A DNA stretch of 63,537 nt, from positions 343,078 through 406,614 of the forward strand of contig JBJCIZ010000239.1 in NCBI GenBank assembly GCA_051294375.1, in the 5' to 3' direction. Under the pieces are notes generated by a model. It made no database searches, was not told where the DNA came from, and saw nothing but the letters and a program-made list of their open reading frames with translations. Positions 50,176 to 63,537 of the stretch are shown here, piece by piece. Numbering within the stretch: position 1 is the first letter of the stretch; each line of letters opens with the position of its first letter. Origin of the DNA: Paraspadella gotoi. Taxonomy: Eukaryota; Animalia; Chaetognatha. Position numbers and translations under genes: made by a program.

Positions 50176-52501
50176 ATCTCTCTCTCTCTCTCTCTCTCTT
50201 CCTCTCTCTCTCTCTCTCTCTCTCCCTCCCGCTCCCAACCGCTGTCTTCGAAGGCAGTATTGCCATCGTCGGTCCCGTTGGCGTAAAGACTGGCGTTGGC
50301 GTTGAGACTGGCGTTGGCGTAAGGCGCGGCGCATGGCGCGGTCCCCGTCTTCTCGGCCAGAGAGAACAGTTCTGGAAACCACATGAACATTCCGTAGTAA
50401 CCGAAGCAGATGGTGAAGAAGATGACGATCATGACGAGGTTGTTGCGAAGGTGGGGTGGATGAAAGAGTTGGGCGGAAGTGGAGACGAAGGAACGGAGGC
50501 GAGCGGAGGAGGAGGAGGAGGAGGAGGAGGAGGGAGAGATGGAATTGGGGCAAGCGATTTGCATTGGTGGATTGAGGGGCTCTGGAAAACAACAAAAGGT
50601 GGTTGGGAAATTATTTATTTATAATTATATTATGTAGCGGTGGTATTTCGGACCCCGTTACTCGTCAGAGAATCAGCAGCAATCATCATTTCGAAATTAT
50701 AGACCTTGAGAAAGATTTAATAAATGAACTATCTTGCGCAAGTCTTGGGACGGGCCATGGTGGTTAGAGGTTTCCTTCCCTATTACAATTACAATTACAA
50801 TTACAATTTAAATCAAGATTCTCTCGCAGTCTGATATCGGGTTAACTTTCTTATTAGTTTCATGTTGTCATGTTTTTCATTCATAAATTTAAAATCTACC
50901 CATTTGTCATTTTCAGTTTATCTCCCTCCCACCTTTTCCGTTCTCAAACAATCGCTGTATTTTTGACGCGATATTTATCAGAATTCCTAATTTATTCTCT
51001 ATTTTTATACGATTTCTTTTAAAACAAACAGGTAGCGCTAGTAGTCACTTAGATTCGAGTCAGCGAAAATAACAAAAGAGCAACGAAATAAAAGCCGAGT
51101 TAAATATTTGAGTTACGCGATCGCTTTTTAAATCGACCACGTGACTTCACAAGTATGATAAATATTCGCGTTAAAAGTCTCACTTTTCAAACCAAAAAGT
51201 GAACTAAACCCGAGTTATGAGAATTTTCAAAGTAAGCGAGACAGACCGACGAGTTCTCGGCGACCGCTCGCGGCGCGACTAAAAACTCCTCGGCCTTAAA
51301 TCCTTTCCTTACGCGTCTCTACCATCTTTAGAGATTTCGCGCCTCGAATTACGAATATGGCGCGTGGGCGATGGACGCGCCCCCCACTGTTGTCGTCGTC
51401 GTTGTTAGTGGGCGTGGCCGTCGTCTTCGTGACGGTCGTAACGTCGACGTCTCCGTCGTCCAAGTCTGGGAAGTCCGGAAAGGCTGTCAACAAGAACGGT
51501 TAGACGGGGAAAACCTCGTTCGTTCGTTTCCGTTCGTTCGTTTTAGTTGTGTATTTTTTTTTTTTTTCTTGACGCATGGGTTGCGAAATTCCTTTTTTAA
51601 TTTGACTTCATATATTAAACTCTTGATAGGATCTCGCGACACCGAGGAAGCTGGAACTCAAAGAGACGAACAGAAAAGTGAGAGAGAGAGAGGAGAGAGA
51701 GAGATGAGACAGTATGCAGTTGTGTAGATGAGAGGAGAGAGGAGGAAGAGAGAGACGGAGAGGAGAGAGAGAGAGGGCAGAGTAGACGAACAGGAAAGCA
51801 CGTGAGAGCCGGGAAACCAAAAAAAGGAAAGTGAAAAAACAATGACAGAAACCTTTAATAATATCGAGGCATCCGTATCGCGTCGATGTGACAATACCCG
51901 CGTATATCACGGCTCAGCTATAACATTAAAATAATTAAATACTTAAATTAAGATTGATTAATTAATCGCCGATCTCCCCCGTCAGTTCCTAGTCAGAGCA
52001 GAGATTGAAAGCGCTCTGGGGGGTTTCCGTCTGCGGGTTGCTCGCCCAGATTGATCACAGTCGGTCGTTTCGCAGTCGGTCATCATGCAAGTAGCCCTCT
52101 GTTTGTTTTTTCTTCACCATCCGGGGTTCTCTATTCTCAAAAGCCCACGGTAGATAGAAGGAGTTGGATCGTAGCGCGATTGATGATAGATTGTGTATTC
52201 ATTCATTGATTCGTTGACTTACTGCATGATTAATACGATGATCATTGATTCATTCATAGACTCATGCCCAATTTTTTTTTTCTTATTTTTGCTTTTTTTT
52301 TTCCTTATTTTTTCGTCTTCCTCTTCTTTGTAACTACCACATCCCTTCTTACGAAGAAAAAGAAGGAAACCTCACCTGATCGACCCTCGCCTGCCACGCA
52401 TGTCGGAGCCGCTCGGGCCCGCGGCCCGCCGCCGATTCTGGTTCTTGTTGGAGTCGGAGCTCGGTCTCGGTCTCCGTTATCGTAGTTTTCGCTTTCGTCG
52501 T
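48927..52501 (-). CDS. Second (probably artefactual) copy of the SV2/SVOP-like transporter segment
   Basis: Colinear with about 45230-48901; ends at the identical base before a 25-N spacer; differs by scattered indels. Confidence 0.7.
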
Positions 52502-54450
52502 NNNNNNNNNNNNNNNNNNNNNNNNNCTGTGTGCAAGGACGGACGCCAGAGCCGACGTGCCACTCTACTGGCTATGCGCGGGGGCTTGGTTGGGGGACTC
52601 AACTGGATGGTCAGAGTGTGGCCACGCAGTTTGCCGTATCGGAGCCGGAGCGAGGGGAGGTTGAGATGTCGACTAAGCTTTTTTCTCAGTGTTTCAAGTT
52701 GTCTGTCCCAGCCTGGTCGTTTGGGGTTTTACCGTAGTTTCCGTATTTTCTGTTTCTGCCTATGGTTTCTGTGGGGTGGCCGTGTTGGTCCTTTTTTCCT
52801 TCTTGTGGTCTTTTTGAGTATGGTTCACTTTCGGGGTATAGGAGAGACTCGTTGGCGTCTGGGAGATGGGTGCCTTTTTGTAGAGGCTGTGGATTTACTA
52901 TCCTTAGCTGTTTCTCCGGTGGGTCGGTCTTGTATGGCTTAGGAAACTGTTAGATTGTGATTCTGAGATCATTTTTCGGGCGTATCGAACACATTGCGGG
53001 GTTGACTTCCTACTTACGATTTTGTTTTTCGCCATTCCACCTGACGTTTTCGATTCACTTTTGGAGATGTAACTGTTGGAGCTGTGATCCGCGTGATAAA
53101 CCTTGTCTAATCTTTGGTATAGTTTCTCTGAAGGCGAATCTCTTTTTGAGTCGAGTAGTTGTCGTGAGTTCTTTTAGTATAAGTGTAGATGAGCACGAAA
53201 GCAGCGGATGGTATGGCTTTGGGGCGGGGGCTCGCGGCGTTAGCAGATTGTATTCGTCTGTTTACGATTGTGCATTTTAGACCAATTGTTGTAGATGCAC
53301 GGCCTCGGCGGAAATACTCTGTGTACCTCGTTGGAGGGATGAATTCGCATAGTGATTGGTCGCGATATACGTTGCTACGATGATTACGATCGTTTCTGTC
53401 GAATATTTCGACTGATTCCGGATCAGTTGCCAGATGATAGCCCCGCAATGAATAACAGAGAAGGACTTGTGGAAGGGGAAAGATTATTTGTATTGCGCGG
53501 GAACTATTTTATTAGATAGGAATATTGATCGGGCAATGTTGATTGTGTTTGAGCCACTGTGTAACGAGTCGAAACACTGGGTCAAGGCTGAAAGTTCAAG
53601 CGTCAGAAGAGTCTTTAGTATATCTTTTTTTTTATTACGACTGCGATTTTTTCATTTAAAATAAATTCTCATTTATAGTATCTATTTTTTATCTCTGTTT
53701 TTGTGGAATTATATGTTATTATTATGAAAACAAACTAAATTTTCTATATTAACGGTCAATAACAAATAATTTGAAGGAATATACTTATGTTATTTTGACA
53801 GGGTTATTTCGTTATAGCTTGGAGCCATGAGGTGAACGGAAGATTCCCACTGTTTCGAGAAGGCGCATATTTCTTTTCTGGTTATTATGTTTTTAGCCTG
53901 GCGACGTGTAGACGCCTTGGATAAAAGGCTGATCGCAAACGAACGCCTATCGCCCCCTTTTAGCAGTCAAACGACAGATTTTAAGACATCGCTGATAGTA
54001 AAGTAATAAGTGGCATTACCTAAATCAAAAATATTTTCAAACAACATAAATTGGGTTCATAACCAAGGCTCCTGCATATAACGCCAGATATATGTTAAAC
54101 ATTGTCGGTGACACTGACTGTGAGATGTTTCCGTGTAAAACTAGAACGATTTTCAAAATTTGTGAGGCAGCTTTAAAACGTACAATAACGGGCGCCAAAA
54201 TTGTAGATATTTGTAAAAAAATAGTAAAATAATTTAGGGGCTCCCATGAGCGATTTATTTTAAAGTAGAACTCTACTGTCATGACTATTAACTATGTAGC
54301 TTCCCCAAGCGAAAAGAGCAAAACGAAACACGAGAAAAAGAAAGTGACATAAAAAGTACTGAAAACAAGGAGGTAATTGATAAGTTTAGTTCAAGATTAG
54401 GTTTCAGTTTGTTCTTTCATTTCCACGATACAAGATCGAACCAGCTCACC

Positions 54451-55680
54451 TGGACCATCTCGCACTCCGCAACCTTTCCGCGCATCTACGGCCTACCAAC
54501 CCTTTCCTTTTCCGCTGGGAAGGATTCCACTCGTTGCCCACGTCCAGCTGATTCAGGGTTGGCCTCCGCCTTGGCCTCCGACCTCTTCGCGGCAAGGCCA
54601 GGCTTGGGGGGCTCGCTAGGAACCGGCCGGGTTCGACTATTACGTAGTTTACTTGAGTGTCACGGATTTAAGGATTCGGAGTTCCGCTTCGTGTTCGAGA
54701 GCGAAGCCCGACAACTCGTTGGGCGAAAAAAAAGGAGATCATGGTGGTGGGTAGATATTTGCTGGCGGGCGGAGCACCGGTCGACGAGGTCGGGGCGAGA
54801 AGAGTCGTGTAGCCCATTAAAAGTTTAAGCCAAGATGTGAAGAATAGAATATTTGAGATGTATCATGGGGTTGAATTATTTAAGGGCGAAAATAAATGAA
54901 TCGCCTGTCAGATCTCGAGGCAAAAAGGATATCAAGGCGGTGCGTTTCAGATCGCCGGAACGTGGCAGGATGTGCGTAGGAACCGCTGCTATGCGATTGG
55001 AATATCGCGCCATCGGCCGTTTGGGTTAGATGCGGCATCGTTCTAAGATCCGATCAAGAACATTGCGGGCATGATTCTGTTCCGATCAGTGGCAAATTTC
55101 GAAGACATTGAAGTCTTGTCGGAGGGAGATATTTTGGACATTTTGGACCGAGGGAGCTGGACAGACTGCGGGGTGGTGCGACAGGAGGGTGACAGGTGGC
55201 ATATAAAGTGGCGTGTAGGGATCATACTGATCGGGAAAAGTGGTAAAAGAATAAATATTTTAGATTAGCAGTCTAGGGGGGTGTTGCGAGGAGGGGTGGT
55301 GAGTTTTATTGTTAAGGTTGTTTGTTGTGAAGTTTCTGCCAGCTGCCACACCAGCATTACCTTATCAACAACCCGGCGCGAACGGTGTATGGAAATTTCC
55401 GCCTCCTCTTCCTTTCCGGTACGCTCCTCCTCTTTCAAAGTGCCCCGCGCTCTCTTCCCGCTGGGGGCGGTGGTGGGGGGCGGCGCGCCGGCCGCGGCGT
55501 TTTGCTGACCGCTTCGGCAGCCTCCTCAAGCCGCTCTTTTACACTTCTTCCTCCAAATAAGCGAGGATTTTTTCGCCGAATCATTCCCGCCCGGCAGAGA
55601 TGCCGTCCTTTTCGAGGCAGCACCGTGGAGTCGGCATGCAAGCCGCAATTGCTTCCCTCAAAAGGCGAAAGAGTCCCTGC
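54451..55680 (-). CDS. Degraded exons of an unidentified gene, possibly MUS81-like (HhH and winged-helix-like fragments)
   Basis: Minus-strand acceptor near 55680 and donors near 55360 (GTAATG) and 54450 (GTGAG); fragments EAIAA...FGEKILAYLEEEV and an NPARF-like stretch; frame broken by indels. Confidence 0.25.
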
Positions 55681-58416
55681 AGGTGGTGGAGGTGGTGGGG
55701 ATCCGACAGAGATAAATTATACAGTCGCTGGTGCAAAATAAAAAAAACGCTGCCTTCGTTTATAAGCTTTAATAATTCTAAACTTTTATAAAAACATTTT
55801 TAAAAATCATATACACAACGGATTTTTTTTTAATTAGAAAAAAAACTAGATAAAATTGAAAAAAGCTGTCATTGATGGTTGTGTATAAAGATTTTATATT
55901 CAGATTGCTCTCAAATACATACTGCCAATAATTTATATCTTAACGATGAACCAAAATTTTAAAAATACTGACTGATTTTGTTTAATAAAATATATATTGC
56001 TAACTTCTAGCTCCTTTCCAAAAAATTTTGGTCCATTGAACGTTTCTCAGAAATTTTATGAAGTTTCAAATTTGTAAAATTTATAGAGTGGATTTTTAAA
56101 AGTCTTAAAGTGGCGCGTTTTTTTTTTTTTTTGAACAGGACTGTAGGAGAAAAAGTCTCTTTACAAAGCACTTTTCGCAACCTCATGAATCTTAACGATT
56201 TGATCCTTAAACCAATGCATCCGTCCGCAATCTCAGATTAAATAAGTAAACCCAAATACAAGTAGACAGAACCGAGAAGAAAATTTGTGACTTTGCCATT
56301 ACTATTTTCCCTTCTCCGTCACTGGGCGCATCCTGTTTCCGCAACGCACTTCGTTTTCCCGGCAGCGGGAGGAGATCTAACAGCGTCTCTTTCGAATTGA
56401 AATCCTTCGATCTTTGGCCATAGATTCGAGTATCTCTTCGAGGAGACCGGTTGACGCGTTCATGAAGCATTCGGCCAGCTCTCAAGACCCATCTCGCCTA
56501 GCTCTTTTTCTGCGCAAAAATCGACACCAAGCCAGTATGGAGGCGATTTCACATTGCCTGCCTTTTGGATTTCATCGGAGTGGATAAGTTCATATCGACA
56601 CATTGAGGTTCGTTTGCGTTAAAAGGCGAAAACTAACCGCGTTAAAAAAAACTTCGGCGCAGCCATCCAGAACGCCCTTCTCGGCGACGCGACCATCCTG
56701 TTCCGAGTCCGGATCCTAGCGAATGACCACGACGGCGTAATTTGTCGTCCGGCCGTCTTCATGCCATCTGCAGGATCGTCACGCCGCTTCTCGGGATTTG
56801 CGGTTCGACGGAAGGAAAAAATCGGGGTCGTTCTCAGTATTGGTTGAAGACGTACAAGTAACTGAAGGGATTCAAAAACGCTGCTGTTCAGTTTGTCAAG
56901 CGTATCCTATAAATATGGCTCTAAATTCTTTTATAGTACATTAGTAGGCAGAGGAGATTGAGCCTGCGCGTGCAATTCCATCCTCTTCCCTTTCTTTACT
57001 TTATTCTCTCCTCGCTCCTGCAGTATAATTTTGCCTAGGCGAAAATACATTCTCCTTAGTTTTTTCCTACTCTATCCGCGAATATTACGCTTTATTTTTT
57101 CCTGCTTAATTTCTCACGCCTTCAAGTACCTCCGCTCAAAGGGCGCCTTGCTTTCCGCGGCTCGAATACGCCTACTCCTCGTTGATTAAGTTTCCGCCGT
57201 GCAAACCGCCTCAGAGCAAAAAAAAAAAACCGTGGAAATTAACTTAAAGGAAACTTATCTTTCTGCGCACCTAACAATGCAAAAAAGAGAAACTGCCGGA
57301 AAATCACTAAATTGGACAATAATCTTTCCTCCCCATAAAGAAGGATTTTTATTTGACTACCAATTAAAAAAGCAAGCTGCATAATTTTAGAAAACAAAAA
57401 CCTCTTACTTGATATTTATTAAGCAGAAGATAAATTTTCCTCTCCCTCTCCTTTCTCTTCACTTCTTTGTCAAATCAAAAACTTGGAATTTTTTAAAATC
57501 TAAAATCAGAACTCTCGCTCTTCTCTTCTCTCTCTCATCTTTCTTCCGATATGCTCTCTCCTCTCTCGTCGCGACTGAAATGGCGAAAGTTAAGATTGGA
57601 CTTTAACCCTCTTAAAGAAACGGAATAGCAGTCCTGAATGTGGATATAGAATAGAGCACACCCTGAAAACAGATGGCAGCAATCAACTTTAAAGATCCAT
57701 CAAGTTCTGCTTGATTACCCTAAAGGCGACAATATATTAGCATTTTAGAAAAACCTGATGATTTTCCAAAATAGATTGCATAGTGAAGTTCGGTAAGAAG
57801 AATTCTGTAAATTGAAAAATGTCAATAATATTTCTCAGGGCTATATATTCCATTATTCCCTTTCTACATTCCTTTACTTTGGTAAACAAAAGTAGTTCAT
57901 ATAAAAGTCTAAATTAATTGGTTATTTTTAAAGTATTATAAAATAAAAATTATTTAAATTTTTTATAAATTTTTTGAGAATTTTTTAAAGTTTTAAAGAA
58001 ATAATTTAATTTACAGATATTATAAAAAAAATTTTATTTTAATTTTCTTTTCTTTATATTTTAAAATTAAGAGAGTTAAGGTGATAGGAATCGTGGTAGT
58101 AACAAGAGAGGTGGGTGAAAGATTGGCTTCAGCAATCCAGAGTCAAGCGGGCATTGACTTTTTTAGGTAAATTTTTACTCGCGAACCCGCATCGAGATTT
58201 TGAGAACGTATATCTTGTGGACTGACGCGTATATAGAAATCTCGTTTGATCTCGAAGCACGGTATCATTCGAGTCATTCGATAAGAATGATTGAATTATG
58301 ATACTTATCAGACTTGTAGGTGAAAAAAAAAAAGCTTTCACTGAAAGTTTCAGTCAAAGTAGAACGAAAAAAAGTACAACAACAACAACAATTACCAGTT
58401 TTCTTTTCTTCCTTAG

Positions 58417-59900
58417 ATATCGACTACAATCAAAAAAAAATCTCCGAGGAAAAGACCGAGAAATCCACGAAGAAAAGACAACGCAAAATTCGCGACGGCT
58501 CGGATCAGAGCTTGCACCGCGAGTCTCACAAGCATCACGGGAAATCCTCCAAGCAGCGAGGAAGATCTACCAAGCGGGAGGGCGAAACCCTTCGGCGTCA
58601 TCGCAGCGGTTCGCCCAAGGATCTCGTAGTCGTCGACGCGGAGAGCAGATTTCACGTGGAATGCTTACCGGCTTCGACGAATAGCATCAACGGACCGGAA
58701 ATGGAGAACCAATCCTTGATCCGTCTCGGTCCGTCTCCCAATCGATTGGACTTTCGACTCAGCGAGACCAGAAGTTGTCACAGCGAAGTACGGAGCGAGG
58801 AACGTAGCGTGGGTCACGATTCGCGATTCACGGGTCACGAAGTTCCGCCGAGTCTTCGCAGTAAATCCCTCATTCACTACAACGTCGTGTCGACGATGAG
58901 CAGCGAACCTACGGGATTCGACGAAAGGGCGCGGAACAGCGTGTCTCCGGATCGTCGGAGCAAAGCGGCTAGTCGCTACAGCGGCGCCGGTAGTCGGCGC
59001 AGCGTGGCTACGAGTCGACGCAGCGCGGCTCCCAGTGGACGCAGCGGAGCAGCTTCCGACGCAGACGGGAAAGGGGAATCGATTGCCAATCGTGGCAGCC
59101 CGGCTCTCAGTCAAGCTTATAACGGTTCTCTGAGACTCTCCGAAGACCCGGGAAGTTATTACGATGGTTCGGTGCAATTTCAAGAGAGTAAGAGCGAGTA
59201 CGAGGACGATTTGAGCGACAGGGGTCCGAGTAAAAGTCCGAGAGTCGAATCGGGAAGTCGGCACAGCGATGCCAAGAGTCTGCGCGACGAAGCGAAGAAT
59301 CGTCGTAACGAGAATAAGAGTCAAAACAGCGACAACGTTTGCGAAGATCGCGAGAGTCGGGCGGACGAAACCAAGAGCGTTCGTAGCGACGACCGAAACG
59401 AATTCAGCGAGAAACGGGGCAGATTCGACGAGAAGAGCAAAGTCGTCAAAAGTCCAATCGGGGAAAAGAAAACCCCGACCGGAAATAGAAAGAATTCCGT
59501 GGGTGAAACAGAGTCTGAGCGTAAAGTGATTTGTGCAAAGGGCGAGAGGACCGGGATCCAAGCCGAGGTCAGCTTGGCCAAGGAGCCGTTTGCAGTTGAA
59601 GAATCGAAGGGCGAAGCAGGAGTCTGGGCTGGGTACGCGAAAACCGAGCAGTCAAGTTCCCACCTGGGGAGGAGAACAAGCCGAAGTCGGATCGGAGAAA
59701 TCCAGGAGCAATCGATCGAGGGTAAACCCGGAGCTGTCTTCGAAGGAAAAAAATCTATGGGCGCCAGTTCGCCACTTGCTATGCGAAACCGAGCCTTTAT
59801 TCCGCGACTGGGCGCCCGCCTGCAGGCTCATATCGCCGAGCGGAGAAAATCTGCAGACCTGGTGAGGAGAGGCCTGATCGCCCCGTCGGAGGCGGGCTGA
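58417..59900 (+). CDS. Large terminal exon encoding a disordered Ser/Arg/Glu-rich protein region (unknown function)
   Basis: Long non-repetitive GC-rich ORF preceded by acceptor ttttcttttcttccttag. The 3' ~400 nt are noisy; the cleaner duplicate at 61466-61910 gives a different C-terminus. Confidence 0.7.
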
Positions 59901-60107
59901 CGAGAAGACGCCGGGCCGAACGACGTGAAAGGGAGGACAACGCGAAGATAGAGGAGACTGACGACACCGACGACATCGCGATTGGAAACGGGCGTAAAGA
60001 GAGCGCTCCCACTATCGTTTGCGCGTCTAGACACCGACGCGTCATTCCTTAAGGTAGCGATCGGCTACATGGTCGTATGGCCCGATTGACACGAGTCCCA
60101 GGAAGCA

Positions 60108-60593
60108 TGTGCTTATTTTCCAGAACGCCACGTTTTCATTTTTTTTTTTTTTAAATTTGGAGTCCTTCTATCAAATTTTAATTCTTTTTTTTATTTCTAT
60201 TTTTTAGATTTAAAAATATAGAGGACCACCTGCGCACGACCGGATATCTCTCATCGGCTCCGATATGTTTAGTGGTTAAAGTTTAGGACTCTACATTTAG
60301 GATAAGGCCTGGGGGATTTAGTTTTACTTATCGGGTTGAGGATTTGTGGTTAGATGATAAAAGGTTTCAGACATTAGAATCGGTTTTCGGGCATTAGGGG
60401 ATGGTTCAGGGATTTAGGGGGAATCGGTTCGGGATGTAGGGCGAATCGGTTAAGGTCCTTACGGAAGAAGGATTACTGGTATTGGTTTGAAGATTAAAGT
60501 TCAAGCAGTTAAAATTAGGGTAATAAATTAAAATTAAATACATGCTAATAAAATTTAAATTCAGAATTAGGGCGCTTTTAGAAAATAGAGCCG
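60108..60593 (+). mobile_element. Same TIR family (duplicate at about 61925-62343; mini-derivative at 5995-6070)
   Basis: CTTATTTTCCAGAACGCC ... GGGCGCTTTTAGAAAATAGAGCCG with internal TTAGG-like repeats. Confidence 0.55.
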
Positions 60594-61465
60594 AAAAGAA
60601 GATCGGCAATCATTTATGACTATCCGCGTCGAATGTCTTCGTTTATATATTCGAAAAAAAATGTTTTCTATCTTCAAATTTTTGCGTTTTTGTTTCCTGA
60701 TTTTCAAATTTTTATATACATTAAATGTAAAATTCTGTGATATTTGACTCATTACTTAATTAATTTTGATGAGTCAGGGACTCAGGGATGATTTAAAAAT
60801 TTTTAGTCGACTAGTTTAGTCGAAAAATGATTAAGGAAGCCAAGCATAGTTAGTAAAACCGAAAAGATCTTTAATTAATTTATTCTCAGAAATTATACGA
60901 TAAGCCGTTGACTAGTTAAGCTGAATGTTTTAAAGTGTTAAATTCTGCCACCTTCATAGTAAAGTCTTAATTTATCTTCTTTGATTCGACGTTTAGACGA
61001 AAGAATCTAAATTTTCAAAAAAAAAAAAAAAAAACAAATTAAAAAAAAGATAATGACAAATATTCTAACGTCGCTGGCGCTCGTCGCTTTTGTCGTCGGC
61101 GTCTCGACGCGCGCGGAAGATGGCGTTGCGGACCGGAGTGCGATCAGCCGCACCATTGGCGTTGCAGTCGGCAACGCGGTGGGCGGGGTCGTTCGGCAAA
61201 AAGACGTCGACGAGGAAAGAAAGAGGGAGAAAAAACAAAGTCGAATAATCTTGATGAGAGTTAAAATAGTTTATAAACAAAAGAAACAAACGTGGAAAAT
61301 ATATATTTTTAAAAAACATTAATGTTACGATGTAGAGAGCAGAGAACGAATAAATTCGAGCAGAGACGAAAAACTCTCATTAAGAAATTCGACATTGAAG
61401 AACCTGACATATCCGAGGCTCACCTTCTCAGCACAAGAGGAGAAATACCCAACGCNNNNNNNNNN

Positions 61466-61910
61466 GGAGACCGGGAGCCAGCCGAGTCGTTGCAGGAGCC
61501 GTTTGAGTGAAAAATCGAAGGGGGAAGGGGCGAGGAGTCGGTTGGGCGAAAACCGAAGTCAGTTTGGGGGAGAAAACCGAAGTCGGATCGGAGAAACCAG
61601 GAGTCAATTCGGGGAAACCCGGAGCTGCTTCGAAGAAAAAATCATGGGCGCCAGTCGCCACTTTAGCGAAACTCGGAGCCTTTATTCCGGCGGGTCGCCC
61701 CCGAGGCTCATATCGCCCGAGCGGAGAAAATCCGTGAGGAGCGATCGCCCCGTCGGAAGGCGGGCTGACGAGAAGACGACGGAGGCCGACGACGTGAAGG
61801 AGGACGAAGAAGAAGAAGACGACGACGACGACGACATCGCGATTGGAACGGCGAAGAGCGTCCCACAGATCGTTTCGGAGATCGAGGATCGGCAGTCGAT
61901 GGCCGATTGA
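61466..61910 (+). CDS. Duplicate and probably correct 3' end of the Ser/Arg-rich exon (...DDIAIGTAKSVPQIVSEIEDRQSMAD*)
   Basis: Colinear with about 59545-60090; open to TGA at 61908-61910. Confidence 0.6.
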
Positions 61911-63537
61911 ATGGGCCTTCAGACCACGCATGTTTCATTTTTTTTTATTTGATCCTTCTACAATTTAATCTTTATTTATTTCTATTTTTTAGATTTAAAA
62001 TATGAGGATGCGCGGATTCTCAGCTCGATGTTTAGTGGTAAAGTTAGGATTTACATTTAGGATAAGGCCTGGGGATTAGTTTTACTATGGGTTAGGATTT
62101 GGGTTAGGATAAAAGGTTCAGATAGGGGAATCGGTTTTCGGGATTAGGGGATGGTTTCAGGGATTTAGGGGGATCGGTTCGGGATGTGGGGAATCGTTAA
62201 GGCCTTACGGAAGAGAGGGAATTCTGTATTGGTTTGAAGATTGGAAGTTCAAATTTATAAAGTTAGGTAAGTAATAAAATTAAAATACCATGCTAATAAA
62301 ATTTAATTTCAGATATTAGGGCGCTTTTTAGAAAATAGAGCCGAAAAGAAGTGTCCACATCGAGTCATGGATCATTTTTATGATATCCCCGCTCGGAATT
62401 CTTCGTTTATATATTGAAAAAAAATGTTTCTATCTTCAATTTGCGTTTTTGTTCGCGCTGAATTCAAATTTTTACTATACATTAAATGTAACAATTCTTG
62501 TGATATCTTGACTCATTACTAATTAATTTGGATGAGTCTAGATCAGGATGATTTAAAAATTTGATCAGTAGTGTTAGCCGAAAAATGAATAAGGAAGCAA
62601 GCATAGTTAGTAAAAACGCAAAAGATCTTTAAGATTTAATTTATTCACAGAAATTATACATTAAGCGTTTGACTAGTTAAGCTTGATGTTTTTAAAGGTT
62701 AAATCTCCCACTCATCATACAAGTCTTAATTTATTTCTCTTTGTTCGACCGTTTAGACGAAAGATTCTATAAATTTTTCAAAAACAACAAAAAAAACAAT
62801 AAAAAAAAGGATAATGACAATCATATCTAAACGTCCCTGTTCGCTTCGTACGATCTTTTGTGCGTCCGCGTGCCGGAGACCGCGTTGGCCGGATAGCGTT
62901 GAGAGAGTCACGAGACCGCGACACACCATTCGCGTTGCAGGTCTGGCAACCGTGGGGGTCGTTCGGGAAAAAAGACGTACGCGAGGAAGAAAGGTGAGTA
63001 AAAACAAAGTCGATAATCTGAATGAAGGTCTTAAAATAGAATTATAAACAAAAGACAAACGTTGCGAATAATATATTTTTTAAAAAACATTAATGTTAGA
63101 CATGATAGAGAGGCAGAGAACGAATAAATTCGAACAAGACGAAAAATCTCAGTAAGAAATCGACATTTGAAGAACCTACATATCCGATGCTACCTTCTCA
63201 GCCAAGAGCGAAAATACCAACGCAGAATTTACGGAAACTTAAGGTGTGCTTAACTATTCTAAATTAAATCAACATCAATCCGTGCTAGTTATAGCTGCGA
63301 GCTCACTAAGTTTGGATTTAAACTTAAGTGTTGTACTGTCCTACTAGTCATATCCAGTTTAGCAACCGTGACTAGTCATGTAACTTAAGTTAAATTACTG
63401 TTCCTTTGAAGCTCACTACGTTGAAATCCGTTGCAAGACTAAGTTATATGGTCGCTTTGAAGCTACTTAAGTTGAAATCCTCTAAACTTAAGTTTTATAC
63501 GTTCGGCTTGAGGGTCACTCAGTTGAAATCCGTTAGA

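Noticed and set aside
58665-59561. 298-aa minus-strand ORF
   Set aside because: Antisense shadow of the GC-rich + strand exon.
61065-61230. Terminal exon of a minus-strand gene
   Set aside because: GC-rich and plausible, but the two copies disagree and no family is recognisable.

Overview
Eukaryotic (animal-like) genomic window rich in microsatellites and introns, from a draft assembly patched with error-prone long reads. It has six 25-N spacers, several near-duplicate blocks and indel-rich stretches, and most ORFs in the supplied track are translations of simple repeats. Manual splicing recovers the 3' half of a + strand FN3-FN3-TM cell-surface receptor ending in a PDZ-binding-type motif (about 1-41772; compatible with the Turtle/IgSF9 architecture). 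It also recovers the TM7-12 half of a - strand SV2/SVOP-like MFS transporter (assembled twice), a large Ser/Arg/Glu-rich + strand terminal exon (58417 onward) and weak minus-strand exon remnants at about 54.4-55.7 kb. The most notable element is a 735-bp miniature LTR retroelement (TRIM) with a 4-bp TSD, a PBS-like site and a PPT. Its LTRs carry a tRNA-type Pol III promoter (A/B boxes), resembling the Helenus group. Two solo LTRs of a diverged sister family in the same intron keep the same hairpin architecture with compensatory changes. Several non-autonomous DNA element families and minisatellites are also present.
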